Positions 39,401 through 51,199 are shown, counted from the stretch's first letter. The stretch is DNA of 64,000 nucleotides from Syntrophaceae bacterium UBA7520 (GCA_002478265.1 DLNC01000010.1:7986-71985), one strand, 5' to 3'. The notes: generated by a model not told the origin, from the letters alone. Program-made: numbers and translations.

Positions 39401-42400
39401 TCATCTGATTATTTTTCTGTTAATGGCGATATTTTCCGTTCCTTCTCTTTCGACCATGGTATGGGCCTCCGCGCCGCTTTTAAAGCGCAAAACATTGAGC
39501 ATAAATATTTCCAGTTTGCTCAAGACATTGGGCGGCAGCAAATTGCCGTCAATTTCTATGGATATTGTTGGGTATCTGTTTTCTCTGGCCCACGGGGTGA
39601 ATAATCCTTCTATCACCCGGCCAATCAGACAGGCGAAAGGAGAAATATTAACGATGCCCGAATAGCCGTCCATCATTGCGGTGGCGGCAACGCCGCTGGA
39701 GATGCTGATTTCCGAATAAAGCTCGTGACTAACAAAATGTTTTTGCGTGTTGGCCATTATTTTTTGCATATCGTGCGGGGAGGAGGGAATCAAACCAGTA
39801 ACGCCGAGCGCAGAGCGCACATTTTTTTCCACTTTGTTTTTATACATTTGTTCGATGTTCCAGTTAATTAAATCCATGAACTCCGAAGCAAAGACGCGGC
39901 GATACCAGGGAATAAGTCCCAATCTTTTTTTCAGATCGTGATGGCGTACGAAATCGCAGTAGTAAATCCATTCGGCGACATTAGAAATTTTACCGATAAT
40001 GCCGCGGCGGCTGAAATGCTGAATTAGTTCCTCGACAGCAAAATCGTCTCTTCTTACATAAATTTCACCAACAATCAGCACTTTCGGACACTGCTCAATC
40101 GATTTTTTAAGAGGAATGCTGGAAATTTCCGCTGCGATTTCTTTTAGAGTGGGCAGAACTTGTGTAATATCTTTTTCCGCCACGTCAATCATTTTATGCC
40201 ACAAATCATCGTAAATTTTCATGGCGGAAACCGGGTCGGCGGCACAAGTGCGCAGCGATGTTTCCACGTCTTTCATGTAATCGCCGATAATCACCGCCCA
40301 CCAGGCGTGCTTGGAAAACTCCGCGCCCAGCTCATTGTAGGAGTTATCCGAATCCAGCGTGAAGACCAGGACGTTTTCCAGGCGTAGATCACGGAAAAGA
40401 TTTTCATAAAAAACAAAATACTGGCCGGTGCGGCAGGGCCCCGTCGTGGTCGGAACAAAGAGAATATATATTTCATCTTTGCGGTATTTATCGGAGGAAA
40501 GGTATTTAAGGGCGCTGCCTAATACCAGATGTGAGGGCAGGCATTCTTTTCCCGATGCGTGGTTGCGCGCCATTTGCAGCGTGTAGATATCCGGGACAGG
40601 CATGGTTTCGGCGTTGATGCCCAGGCCGCGGATGGTCGCACCAATCAGTTCCGCGGAAAGCCGTCCCATGTTGGAAAGCAAAAGTTTAACCCGTGGATTG
40701 TCTTTCACGGGTATCTTTTCACCCGTATGAATATTGGCGATATAAATATCTTCGGCGCGGTTATTGATGAACCTCAAGCCGTTATCATATCTTTCTTCGC
40801 GAAGGGAGGAGATTTTCGCGCGGTACCCCTCAATGATATCAAGAAAAGCCTCAATGCGCGTATCCACGCCGGCATCCGCGGTGTGTGAATCAAGTTCCAG
40901 AATAAGAAAAGGCTTGGTTCCCATCATCCATTTTAGATAGTGCAGCATGAATGAATCCGGCGCGCAGGAGAAATTGGAAATATAGGTGATAAAAATATTG
41001 TCTTCTTTCTTTAAAAACGCGCCCGCTTTCATGTCCTGCTGGCCGTAATACCAGTACATATTGGGATAAATCGTTTCATCAGTGAAAGGCAAAATATCGA
41101 AAGGAACAACGCTATAGCCGCGGGTGCTAAATTTGCGTGGAATGCCCATGTTGGCATCAGTGGTGAAAGCGTTGTAGGGTCGACCAAGAATGGCGATAAC
41201 CGGCCGCTGCGAGAGGCGCGCCTGCGTGATCGCGGTTTTACCCAGTTCGGAAAACTTTTTGAAGCATTCCATCTGCTTTTCATAAGCCTCGAAGAATGCT
41301 TTTCTGGCGTCTCTTTCACTGAAGCCTAATTGCAGCGCCATTTCCATGAAGGGCTCTGCGGCCTTTTCTTTGCCGTACATAAAACTGACCACCGGGGCCA
41401 AATATTTGCTGTCCGGGATTTCCGGAAAGGCCTTTTTAATGTAATAGGGAAGGGCCTGTGTTATCGGGCAGAAGTTAGCCGGTGTTTCCTCTTCGTAGCT
41501 TTCCATATCGCGGAAATGCGGCAGAAAAATGTAATCGGGGTTTCTGTCAAAAATATCCTGAACGGCGCCATGTGCTATTTCCGCAGGGAAGCAGTAACTG
41601 CTTTCCACCCGCGCGGTGCCTTCGCCGGAAATGTTTTTGGAAACAACAGTTTCCACGCCCAGGTTATAAAAAAACCAGCTGTAAAGCGGCCATAAAGTGT
41701 AGAAGGAAAAACAACGCGGAATTCCGACCACAACATCTTTTTTCCTGACAAAAGTTTCTGGATCCGGCGCGCATTCCTCGAAAAGTATTTCATTGCGCTT
41801 TTCGATATAGTCGAACACTTCATTTTCATTGATAGTTTTTTTCTTGCGAATGTTGGCGTACTTGTTACAGCGACCTCCGAACATGTATTTATGATTATTG
41901 ACATTGAGAATTCTGATCGGGCAGAAATTGTCACAGGCTTTGCAGATAAACTCTTTCTCATAAATAATGTTGGTCGCCAAAATGTTGTCTATATCAAAAG
42001 AACTTTTGACCAAAAATCCTTCTTGGAGCTTTTGCCTCGCTAGAATTCCGACGCCGAAGCAGCCCATCAGTTCCGGATCGGGCGGAACGAGAATGTCTTT
42101 ATTGAGCAGCATGGCAAAAGCGAGCGGGACGGCTTTGTTTTTCGCGACTCCTCCCTGTAAAACGATATTTTGCCCGATCGTCCTGTTCCCCACGACTCTG
42201 TTGAGATAATTGGAGACGATGGAGGTGACGATTCCGGCGGTAATGTCTTCACGTGATGCTCCCTGCTGGATGGCGTTGCGGATGTCAGAATTAATAAAAG
42301 CGGAACAGTGCTCGCCGAATTTTAAAGGCGCTTGGGCGGCTATAGCGATATCGCCGATTTCTTCAGCGCGCGCGATATTCAAATCTCCCTGCGCCGATTC

Positions 42401-43717
42401 CTCGAGAAATGAACCTGTTCCGGCGGAGCAGGCTTCATTCATGGCGTAATCAATTGGCACCTTGTTTTTCAGGAATACATATTTGGCGTCTTGTCCGCCG
42501 ATTTCGAATATCGTGTCGATATCTTCACGGTAAAATGTAGTGCCGACGGCATGGGCGATAATTTCATTGTAAACAGCGGGTGTTTCCAAGAAAACGCCCA
42601 AAATTTCGCGCGACGAGCCGGTGGTGGCGGCCAGGGTTATGCTTATTTTCCCATCGCCAATATCTTCACTAATTTGTTTTTTAATTTCGCTCAGGCAAAA
42701 TTTAAGAGCAGCCACCGGGTCGCCGTGCGTGCGACCGTAATAGGAAGCGGTGATTTCATTTGTTTCGATATCAATCAGACATGCTTTAGTTGTTGTGGAA
42801 CCTCCGTCCACGCCTAAAATGTATTCTCGTCCCGCGACAACCTTGCCTTTCTGAGAAGGAAGATACGTCACCCGGCCGACGGCGCTTTTCAGATTATTAA
42901 ACCGTTTAAATTGAATGCGGCTTTTTTTAAAAAGAGAGTTCAGCGGCGGCAGGATGCTGCCGGATTTTCTGGCTAAAAGAGCCGCGCCGTACGCTTCGAA
43001 AAACGGCGACTGAGCGGGTATGATCAGTTCAATTTCCGGCAGTCTCTGGCGGATAAAACGGATAATGTGCGGATTCTGGGTAACGCCGCCCACCAGCATG
43101 ATTTTGCCGCTGCTAATTCTGGCGCGCTTGAGGAAATCAATAACTTTGATGGCCATGACATCGCTGAGAGATAAAACGATATCCCCCTTGGTGGCTTCCC
43201 CCTTGTTCAGGCGGTGTGTGCAGTCGCTTTTCATGAAAACGGAACAACGAGAGGAAAGCTTGAAGACACAGCAATTATCTTCGAGCGAGTTGATGTCACC
43301 AAGCTTCATGTTCATTCGGGCCAGCTGCTGCTTGAAAAATTCTCCCGTGCCGGAGGCGCATTTATTGCCGGAAAAGCTGTTGATAATTTTTTTGTTCTTA
43401 TCAATGGTGTAAACAACAAGGTCTTCGCCGCCGAGAGAAACCACAGCATCGATGTTTTGATTGAGGCGTTCAAGCGCCTCCTCGATGCAAAGCGGTTCGA
43501 TCACGCTGTTTATATTTAGCAGGCGGCGGCCTTCCGTGCCGGTAGCCAGCGATTTTACATCGGCGGGCAAGGGATGTAAGGATAATATATTTTTTAAAGT
43601 GTGTAGAAAATTGCCTTCATGCGGCTCGACAGCGCTCCATAATATATTATTGCCTTCCAGCATGGTCGCTTTAACGTTGGAAGAGCCGATATTGATTCCT
43701 AAGCTATACATTTCCAC
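39401..43717 (-). CDS. Giant fusion: two BcrAD/BadFG-type activase ATPase domains plus DUF2229/2-hydroxyacyl-CoA-dehydratase-like Cys-rich modules
   Basis: aa 1-260 and about 300-560 each carry ASKHA phosphate loops (GINIGSSNVK; GVDGGSTTTK) and the activase cluster-Cys pair (NKCASGTGEF/SSRCSVFMKSD; NEACSAGTGSF/GEHCSAFINSD). The C-terminal ~870 aa has CxxCxxxC...C, GIPRCFSFYTLWP, NFCPITQ, NFSCAPDSF, ELDSHTADAG and TGPCRTGQY motifs. Confidence 0.85.
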   Translation of the reverse strand: MEMYSLGINIGSSNVKATMLEGNNILWSAVEPHEGNFLHTLKNILSLHPLPADVKSLATGTEGRRLLNINSVIEPLCIEEALERLNQNIDAVVSLGGEDLVVYTIDKNKKIINSFSGNKCASGTGEFFKQQLARMNMKLGDINSLEDNCCVFKLSSRCSVFMKSDCTHRLNKGEATKGDIVLSLSDVMAIKVIDFLKRARISSGKIMLVGGVTQNPHIIRFIRQRLPEIELIIPAQSPFFEAYGAALLARKSGSILPPLNSLFKKSRIQFKRFNNLKSAVGRVTYLPSQKGKVVAGREYILGVDGGSTTTKACLIDIETNEITASYYGRTHGDPVAALKFCLSEIKKQISEDIGDGKISITLAATTGSSREILGVFLETPAVYNEIIAHAVGTTFYREDIDTIFEIGGQDAKYVFLKNKVPIDYAMNEACSAGTGSFLEESAQGDLNIARAEEIGDIAIAAQAPLKFGEHCSAFINSDIRNAIQQGASREDITAGIVTSIVSNYLNRVVGNRTIGQNIVLQGGVAKNKAVPLAFAMLLNKDILVPPDPELMGCFGVGILARQKLQEGFLVKSSFDIDNILATNIIYEKEFICKACDNFCPIRILNVNNHKYMFGGRCNKYANIRKKKTINENEVFDYIEKRNEILFEECAPDPETFVRKKDVVVGIPRCFSFYTLWPLYSWFFYNLGVETVVSKNISGEGTARVESSYCFPAEIAHGAVQDIFDRNPDYIFLPHFRDMESYEEETPANFCPITQALPYYIKKAFPEIPDSKYLAPVVSFMYGKEKAAEPFMEMALQLGFSERDARKAFFEAYEKQMECFKKFSELGKTAITQARLSQRPVIAILGRPYNAFTTDANMGIPRKFSTRGYSVVPFDILPFTDETIYPNMYWYYGQQDMKAGAFLKKEDNIFITYISNFSCAPDSFMLHYLKWMMGTKPFLILELDSHTADAGVDTRIEAFLDIIEGYRAKISSLREERYDNGLRFINNRAEDIYIANIHTGEKIPVKDNPRVKLLLSNMGRLSAELIGATIRGLGINAETMPVPDIYTLQMARNHASGKECLPSHLVLGSALKYLSSDKYRKDEIYILFVPTTTGPCRTGQYFVFYENLFRDLRLENVLVFTLDSDNSYNELGAEFSKHAWWAVIIGDYMKDVETSLRTCAADPVSAMKIYDDLWHKMIDVAEKDITQVLPTLKEIAAEISSIPLKKSIEQCPKVLIVGEIYVRRDDFAVEELIQHFSRRGIIGKISNVAEWIYYCDFVRHHDLKKRLGLIPWYRRVFASEFMDLINWNIEQMYKNKVEKNVRSALGVTGLIPSSPHDMQKIMANTQKHFVSHELYSEISISSGVAATAMMDGYSGIVNISPFACLIGRVIEGLFTPWARENRYPTISIEIDGNLLPPNVLSKLEIFMLNVLRFKSGAEAHTMVEREGTENIAINRKIIR

Positions 43718-43828
43718 CTCGGATATATTAAAAAATCATGTGCTAGATATTACGATTAAGGCAAGACGTCAAGTATGATGTTGATTATTCTGTAATTTCA
43801 TTTTGCTAAAATATCCTGACAGGACGCG

Positions 43829-43866
43829 AAAATAAAAACAGCTGGCAGCATCATTGCTGCCAGCTG
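43829..43866 (-). terminator. Rho-independent terminator downstream of atpB
   Basis: On the minus strand: CAGCUGGCAGCA-AUGA-UGCUGCCAGCUG (12-bp perfect stem) followed by UUUUUAUUUU. Confidence 0.85.
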
Positions 43867-43923
43867 TGGTTAAATTTGAGTTATCCCGCGCCGTATCGCG
43901 CAACGACAGCGGCAATGATCAAA

Positions 43924-44577
43924 TCAGTGCGCTTCTTCCTCTGCTCCGGCGATATACATCATGGCTAGCAAGACAAAAACCAGCGTTTGCACCAGATAGA
44001 CGAAAAGCTTCAGCGCCATGATCGGCAGCGGCACAAGCATGGGCACCAGAATCAGCAGAATTATCAAGACCAGGTCTCCGCCTTTAATATTTCCGAAAAG
44101 ACGAAAAGACAAAGAAAGCGGGCGGGAAAGATGGCTGACGATTTCAATGGGAATCATCAGCGGAGCAAGCCAACCGACCGGGCCCATGAACTGCTTGAGG
44201 TATTTTAAACCGTGTGTTTTCACGCCGACAACGTGCGTGGAAAAAAAGACGACAAGCGCCAGCGCCGCCGTGGTGTTGATGTCTGAAGTGGGTGACTTGA
44301 ATCCGGGAAAAGCGCCCATCAGGTTGGATAAAAAAATAAAAAGTCCCAAAGTGGCGACAAGCGGAAAATATTTGCGGCCCTTGGGCCCCATGATTTCATT
44401 AAGCAACGCGTCAAAGCCACCGATGACAACCTCCATGAAATTCTGCAATCTGCCCGGATAAACCTGAAGACTTCTTGAGGCAAGAAAGGCCAGGACAATC
44501 AGGACAGCGGCCAAAAGCAGGGTGTAAGCGACGTGCGCGGGAATATAGGGATTTTCCAGAAAATAAATGGGGTGCAT
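43924..44577 (-). CDS. atpB: F0F1 ATP synthase subunit a
   Basis: Five TM helices with the conserved [14 protein letters not shown] (essential Arg) motif. Confidence 0.9.
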   Translation of the reverse strand: MHPIYFLENPYIPAHVAYTLLLAAVLIVLAFLASRSLQVYPGRLQNFMEVVIGGFDALLNEIMGPKGRKYFPLVATLGLFIFLSNLMGAFPGFKSPTSDINTTAALALVVFFSTHVVGVKTHGLKYLKQFMGPVGWLAPLMIPIEIVSHLSRPLSLSFRLFGNIKGGDLVLIILLILVPMLVPLPIMALKLFVYLVQTLVFVLLAMMYIAGAEEEAH

Positions 44578-44582
44578 ATTTA

Positions 44583-44975
44583 TTAACTCTCCTCAATAAA
44601 GTTTTTTTTTGAAAATGTAATCAAGACCGTCAAAACAACAGTCACCATCACCACGGAAAGGCCGATAATCAGACCAATGATATTCACCGTTTGCGCGGAA
44701 ATGAGAAAATACAGAACAATCGCGCTCAATACTAGGCGCAGAAAATACTTCAAAACAACGTTGGATTTGATGCTGGTGGATTTTTTATTAAAAGCGTGGC
44801 GCAACGAATGTCCCATCCAATAAAAATTGACGATACAGATGAACCCGCCGATTAAAACGCCCATGGAAAATTTTAACGTGCCGAAAATTAAGGAGGGAAT
44901 GAAAACGACGGCGAGAACAATCCAGTTGTTGATTTCAATTCTTCTTTGGAGCGGGTCTTTGGCGATGAGGTTCAC
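44583..44975 (-). CDS. atpI: ATP synthase protein I (AtpI family)
   Basis: 130 aa, four hydrophobic helices, directly upstream of atpB. Overlaps the preceding ORF by 41 nt, so the start is uncertain. Confidence 0.6.
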   Translation of the reverse strand: MNLIAKDPLQRRIEINNWIVLAVVFIPSLIFGTLKFSMGVLIGGFICIVNFYWMGHSLRHAFNKKSTSIKSNVVLKYFLRLVLSAIVLYFLISAQTVNIIGLIIGLSVVMVTVVLTVLITFSKKNFIEES

Positions 44976-45219
44976 TTTTAAAGCTCTTGATTATCGGTTC
45001 GTCATCAGTAAAAGTTCTTTTTATCAGAACATAGAGGTTGCGAAATCCGGCCGCGATACCGATGATTAAAAAAATAAAGGTAAAAACATTGCCGGAGTCA
45101 AATTTTCTGTCTAAATAAACTCCTAAAATCAGACACCCAAAAATCGCCAGAACCATAGCGATGCCGATGCTGCTGGCATAGGCCATTTGAATGGCGCTTT
45201 TTTTGACGTCCTTATCCAT
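44935..45219 (-). CDS. AtpZ/AtpI-family small membrane protein (putative F0F1 accessory subunit)
   Basis: 94 aa with two TM helices (IGIAMVLAIFGCLILGVYLD...FIFLIIGIAAGF), first gene of the atpZ-atpI-atpB unit. Confidence 0.55.
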   Translation of the reverse strand: MDKDVKKSAIQMAYASSIGIAMVLAIFGCLILGVYLDRKFDSGNVFTFIFLIIGIAAGFRNLYVLIKRTFTDDEPIIKSFKSEPHRQRPAPKKN

Positions 45220-45282
45220 TCAACAAAAGAGTCCTTAACACCGCGTAATATTAATGTCAATAAAAAAATGACCGGCGTTCAT

Positions 45283-47275
<1,993 letters not shown>

Positions 47276-47358
47276 TTCACCCCCGCCGGTAATTTCCGGT
47301 GCATGACGTAGTTTGTGCAGCAGATTACAGTAAGGCCCGCGCGATGTCAATCAGCAGG

Positions 47359-48642
47359 TCATAAGGATTTCAACGCCTTCGCACAAGCATCCAGCGTAAA
47401 AGATAAGTCGTTCCTGCTGTGCGCGAAGGAAACAAATAAAGCTTCAAATTGTGAAGGCGCCAGCCACACGCCATTTTTGAGCATGGCGTGAAAAAACCGA
47501 GCGAAAAGTTTTGTGTCGGATTTTTGCGCGTCAGCTAAATTATTTACCGGCCCCTCCTGGAAAAAAATTGTAAACATGGAATTAACGCGGTTAATGCAGG
47601 CATTAAATCCTTTTTTTTCAAACAATTTTTTCATTTCCGAACATAAAAATTCGGCTTGACGCGACAGACGGTTATATTCGTCTTTTTTTTCCTTAAGCAG
47701 AGTAAGTGTTGTTAAGCCGGCACTAACGGCTAGCGGATTTCCGGAAAGAGTTCCGGCCTGATAGATTTCACCGCTGGGAGCGAGTCTTTCCATGATATCG
47801 CGCCGGCCGCCGATCGCGCCTACAGGCAGTCCGCCGCCGATGATCTTTCCCAAACACGTAAGATCAGGCTTGATGTTTATTAAATCCTGATAGCCGCCAA
47901 AAGTAAAGCGGAAGCCGGTGATTACTTCATCGAAAATCAGAAGTATTTTTTCCCGAAAGGTGAGTTCGCGCAATGTTTCGAGAAAACCCGTCTGTGGCGC
48001 AACAACGCCCATATTTCCGGCAACGGGCTCGATAATAACGGCGGCAAGGTCAGAACTATATTTTTCGATAGCGGCGCGCGCTGTCGTTAAATCGTTGTAG
48101 GGCAAAGATATAGTAAGATGAGCTGTTTCTTCAGGGATTCCCGGTGAGCCGGGTATGCCCAGTGTAGTCACACCAGAACCGGCTTTAACAAGCAATGAAT
48201 CGGCATGACCATGATAGCCGCCATCGAATTTGATGATTAATTTTTTACCAGTAAAACCGCGCGCGAGACGGATTGCCGTCATGGCCGCTTCCGTGCCGGA
48301 ACTGGTCATGCGCACAAGCTCTAAGGAGGGAATCGCCTCAGAGAGCAACTGCGCGATCTTTGTTTCCGCTTCCGTCGGCGCGCCGAAACTTGTTCCTTTT
48401 CTGGAAGATTTATTGATGGCCTCGATAACTTGCGGATGGGCGTGTCCCAGTATCATCGGCCCCCAGGACAGGACATAATCAATGTATTTTTTGCCGTTAG
48501 CGTCGTAAATTTTGGAACCTTTTGCCCGGCTCGCGAAAAGAGGTTCGCCGCCCACGGCGCGCCACGCGCGCACGGGACTATTAACGCCGCCGGCAATGAA
48601 TTTCTTCGCACGGGAAAAATAATCACACTTTTTTACGCGCAT
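47359..48642 (-). CDS. hemL: Glutamate-1-semialdehyde 2,1-aminomutase
   Basis: GGVNSPVRAW, the PLP lysine region GKIIGGGLPVGA and DEVITGFR. ATG 48642 overlaps the upstream stop (TGATG). Confidence 0.95.
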   Translation of the reverse strand: MRVKKCDYFSRAKKFIAGGVNSPVRAWRAVGGEPLFASRAKGSKIYDANGKKYIDYVLSWGPMILGHAHPQVIEAINKSSRKGTSFGAPTEAETKIAQLLSEAIPSLELVRMTSSGTEAAMTAIRLARGFTGKKLIIKFDGGYHGHADSLLVKAGSGVTTLGIPGSPGIPEETAHLTISLPYNDLTTARAAIEKYSSDLAAVIIEPVAGNMGVVAPQTGFLETLRELTFREKILLIFDEVITGFRFTFGGYQDLINIKPDLTCLGKIIGGGLPVGAIGGRRDIMERLAPSGEIYQAGTLSGNPLAVSAGLTTLTLLKEKKDEYNRLSRQAEFLCSEMKKLFEKKGFNACINRVNSMFTIFFQEGPVNNLADAQKSDTKLFARFFHAMLKNGVWLAPSQFEALFVSFAHSRNDLSFTLDACAKALKSL

Positions 48643-49100
48643 CAAAAATACTCCGGCGATGATTTCTTGTATTCCTGCAAGCTTTTTAAAATCATAAAAT
48701 TGCCAATCCCGGATAAAAATGACATGGAAGAGACGAGGGCGCGAATATCTTTATCGCGGCTGTGCACCATGGTAAAAAGATTATACCTTCCCGCGAAAGC
48801 GGGGTTTCTTTCATAGCAATGTGAAACAAACGGCAACGATGCGAATGCTTCCCCGATTTTGTTTATCTGAAGCTCAGGAACGGACCAAATAACCAGGGCG
48901 TTTTTATTAAAGCCCGCCTTTTGGTGGCGTAAAACGGCGCCGAATTTTCTGATCAGTCCCTCCGAGCAAAAATAATTTATAATATCAATAATTTGTGCCT
49001 CAGGAAGGTTCAGTTCTTTGGCAATTTTTTCAAAAGGCCGTGATGTAATTTCTATTTCTTTCTGGACAATTTGCGCCACACTTAATTCTAAGTCGTTCAT
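48642..49100 (-). CDS. AsnC/Lrp-like protein of the siroheme decarboxylase (AhbA/AhbB, NirD/L/G/H) family
   Basis: The RPF...IA, IRKFGAVLRHQKAGFNKNALVIWSVP, VSHCYER and YNLFTMVH pattern is characteristic of Ahb/NirDL proteins. Translationally coupled to hemL. Confidence 0.7.
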   Translation of the reverse strand: MNDLELSVAQIVQKEIEITSRPFEKIAKELNLPEAQIIDIINYFCSEGLIRKFGAVLRHQKAGFNKNALVIWSVPELQINKIGEAFASLPFVSHCYERNPAFAGRYNLFTMVHSRDKDIRALVSSMSFLSGIGNFMILKSLQEYKKSSPEYF

Positions 49101-49310
49101 ACGAATCTAATATCTTGCCTGCTTGATAAAATCAAGAAATGTGTTTGTTGGTGTGATGATCCGAAAATTTACTTGACTATCCACAAAAAATGACCGATAG
49201 TCTAATAAATTTTACGGCAGAGAAAGGAGGTCGAAAGTATTAAAGTTTGCCGTTGTCGTTTAGTTGGTTCATAGTTTAATGGCAGTTAATTTTTTACAAG
49301 GAGAATTACC

Positions 49311-49670
49311 ATGAAGAAAAGTTTACTTTACACGATGTTGGTTATGTTGTTGACGGTTGCATTCGCGCCTTTTGCCTACGCGGCACCTGAAGCGGCGGCG
49401 GTTGATTACACGAAAGCGATTGTTGTGGGTCTTTCCGTTTTTGGAGCGGGCTTCGCGATTGCTTTGGGCACTATCGGCACCGGCCTGGGCATGGGCAACG
49501 GCTTAAACGGAGCGACCAATGCCGTGGGCAGAAATCCGGAAGCGCAGGGCAAGGTTCTTCTGACCATGATGGTTGGTCTGGCAATGATTGAATCACTGGC
49601 GATTTACGCGCTGGTTGTGGCGCTGATTCTGCTTTATGCAAATCCGCTTTTGAAGGTTATCGGCGCATAG
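49311..49670 (+). CDS. atpE: F0F1 ATP synthase subunit c with N-terminal signal-peptide-like extension
   Basis: The C-terminal 80 aa form a canonical c-subunit hairpin (GRNPEAQGK loop, [21 protein letters not shown]). The first ~25 aa look like a Sec signal (MKK, hydrophobic core, AYA/AP). GGAGA RBS. Confidence 0.9.
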   Translation: MKKSLLYTMLVMLLTVAFAPFAYAAPEAAAVDYTKAIVVGLSVFGAGFAIALGTIGTGLGMGNGLNGATNAVGRNPEAQGKVLLTMMVGLAMIESLAIYALVVALILLYANPLLKVIGA

Positions 49671-49702
49671 TAACAAACAAAAAATTGTCATAATAAAAAT
49701 CA

Positions 49703-49741
49703 GGGAGGGGAAGCGTGCATCGACTTTCACTCCCTTTTTTT
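49703..49741 (+). terminator. Rho-independent terminator after atpE
   Basis: The GGGAGGGGAAG...CUUUCACUCCC imperfect stem followed by UUUUUUU. Confidence 0.6.
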
Positions 49742-49790
49742 ATGAGCAGAAGCTAATTTTAATCAAATGCAGCAAAGTTGAGTAAATTTT

Positions 49791-50198
49791 CTATTCGTGC
49801 GGGATAATTTTCCCGCGCAGTGCTTTTGTTTCCGATCTTTTGCGTTTGGTGGCGAGAATTTTTTCCTTGGCTCTTTTGCTTCTCTTTCTTTTTTGTCGGC
49901 GGATTTTTTCCTGAGCTTTCCTTTTTTCTTCTACAAAACCTTTTTGGCGCGCCTCAATTTTATCCAGGAGCAATCGTCGCGCCAGGAATCTGTTCAGGCT
50001 CTGTGAGCGTTCACGCTGGCACTTTACGGAAAGGCCGGTGGGCAAATGAATGAGATGCACGCGCGTCGCGCTTTTGTTGACTTTTTGGCCCCCTGGACCT
50101 GAGGAATGGATAAAAGATTCCACGAGATCTTTTTCGGCAACGCCTAAAGAGGCCATCCTGTCGGCCAGCGCTTTTACTTTTTCGGCGGATACGGGCAT
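49791..50198 (-). CDS. RF-1-domain peptidyl-tRNA hydrolase (ArfB / ICT1-like ribosome rescue factor family)
   Basis: GGQ motif (SGPGGQKVNK) followed by a very basic C-terminal tail. 135 aa. Confidence 0.75.
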   Translation of the reverse strand: MPVSAEKVKALADRMASLGVAEKDLVESFIHSSGPGGQKVNKSATRVHLIHLPTGLSVKCQRERSQSLNRFLARRLLLDKIEARQKGFVEEKRKAQEKIRRQKRKRSKRAKEKILATKRKRSETKALRGKIIPHE

Positions 50199-50207
50199 GA
50201 AAAAAAA

Positions 50208-50639
50208 TTATGGTATGGCGTAAATTTCTTCATCAATGAGGGAAATCCAGTTTTGCTTCAAAATTTCCCTGGCTTCGTCAATTTTGTCCACACCGAGAAT
50301 AACTATGGTTTCCTTGCCGATGCGGTTGATGGTGGTGTAGAGGTAATGAATGTTGATGTCGCCTTTCGCCAACGGTTTGAGGATTGCGTTCATACCGCCG
50401 GCGTGTAGCGGTACTTCCGCGGCCAGCACGGGAGTCACTTCAAAATTGAAATTATAGCTCTTCAATACCGCGGCGGCGCGGTCGGGATCATTGACGACCA
50501 GGCGCACCGTGCTGTCTTCAGCGGTGCTGGCGGCGGAGACGGCTTTGGTGCTGATGTCTTCCGAATCCAGAATGTGCGTGAGCCGCGCGAAAGAACCAGG
50601 TACATTGCCCAGCAGTACGGAAATTTGTTTTACAGACAT
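50208..50639 (-). CDS. ACT-domain protein
   Basis: Two ACT-like ferredoxin-fold halves. 143 aa. Positioned directly after the oxidoreductase gamma subunit gene. Confidence 0.55.
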   Translation of the reverse strand: MSVKQISVLLGNVPGSFARLTHILDSEDISTKAVSAASTAEDSTVRLVVNDPDRAAAVLKSYNFNFEVTPVLAAEVPLHAGGMNAILKPLAKGDINIHYLYTTINRIGKETIVILGVDKIDEAREILKQNWISLIDEEIYAIP

Positions 50640-50656
50640 ACCTGCATCCCTTTTTT

Positions 50657-51196
50657 TCAGTTTTTCAGATAATCAAAGCCGGTGGAAAAGGCGCGACGGT
50701 TGATTTCCGCGGCGGATTTTTTTTTGCTGCCCAGAATCGACTCTAGGCTCTGGAGATATATCTCCGCAGTGACAATGCCTGTTTTTTTAATAAAGGCGCC
50801 CATCATGATGATATTGGCCACGCGGCTGTTGCCCATCTCTTCAGCCAGTTCCGAGCAGGGCACGGAACATATATCCACATCTGGTCGGTTTGGATGATCT
50901 TTGATGATGGAAGAGTTCAAGAAAATCACGCCGCCCGCGGTTATTTTGTTCTGAAAAGTAAAAAGAGAAGGTGAGTTCATCGCCACTAGGTAATCAGGTT
51001 CGGAGGCGACCGGCGAGGCGATTTCTTCTTCGGCAATCGCCACGGTGCAGTTGGCGGTTCCGCCTCTGACTTCCGCGCCGTAAGAGGGAAGAAACGTTAC
51101 ATGATAGCCTTTGTTCATGGCGCTGTGCGCCAGACTGTAACCCATCATTAATACGCCTTGTCCCCCAAAACCGGAAAATATCGCTTTAGTGGCCAT
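50657..51196 (-). CDS. 2-oxoacid:ferredoxin oxidoreductase, gamma subunit
   Basis: GFGGQGVLMMG start typical of the OFOR gamma domain. Confidence 0.85.
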   Translation of the reverse strand: MATKAIFSGFGGQGVLMMGYSLAHSAMNKGYHVTFLPSYGAEVRGGTANCTVAIAEEEIASPVASEPDYLVAMNSPSLFTFQNKITAGGVIFLNSSIIKDHPNRPDVDICSVPCSELAEEMGNSRVANIIMMGAFIKKTGIVTAEIYLQSLESILGSKKKSAAEINRRAFSTGFDYLKN

Positions 51197-51199
51197 TAT

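Noticed and set aside
49311-49670. Na+-binding signature in the c subunit (E-S...Y)
   Set aside because: I aligned it to the Ilyobacter tartaricus c subunit from memory. The Q32 equivalent is Met and the T67 equivalent is Leu, so the Na+ ligand set is incomplete and there is no basis for a Na+-ATPase claim.
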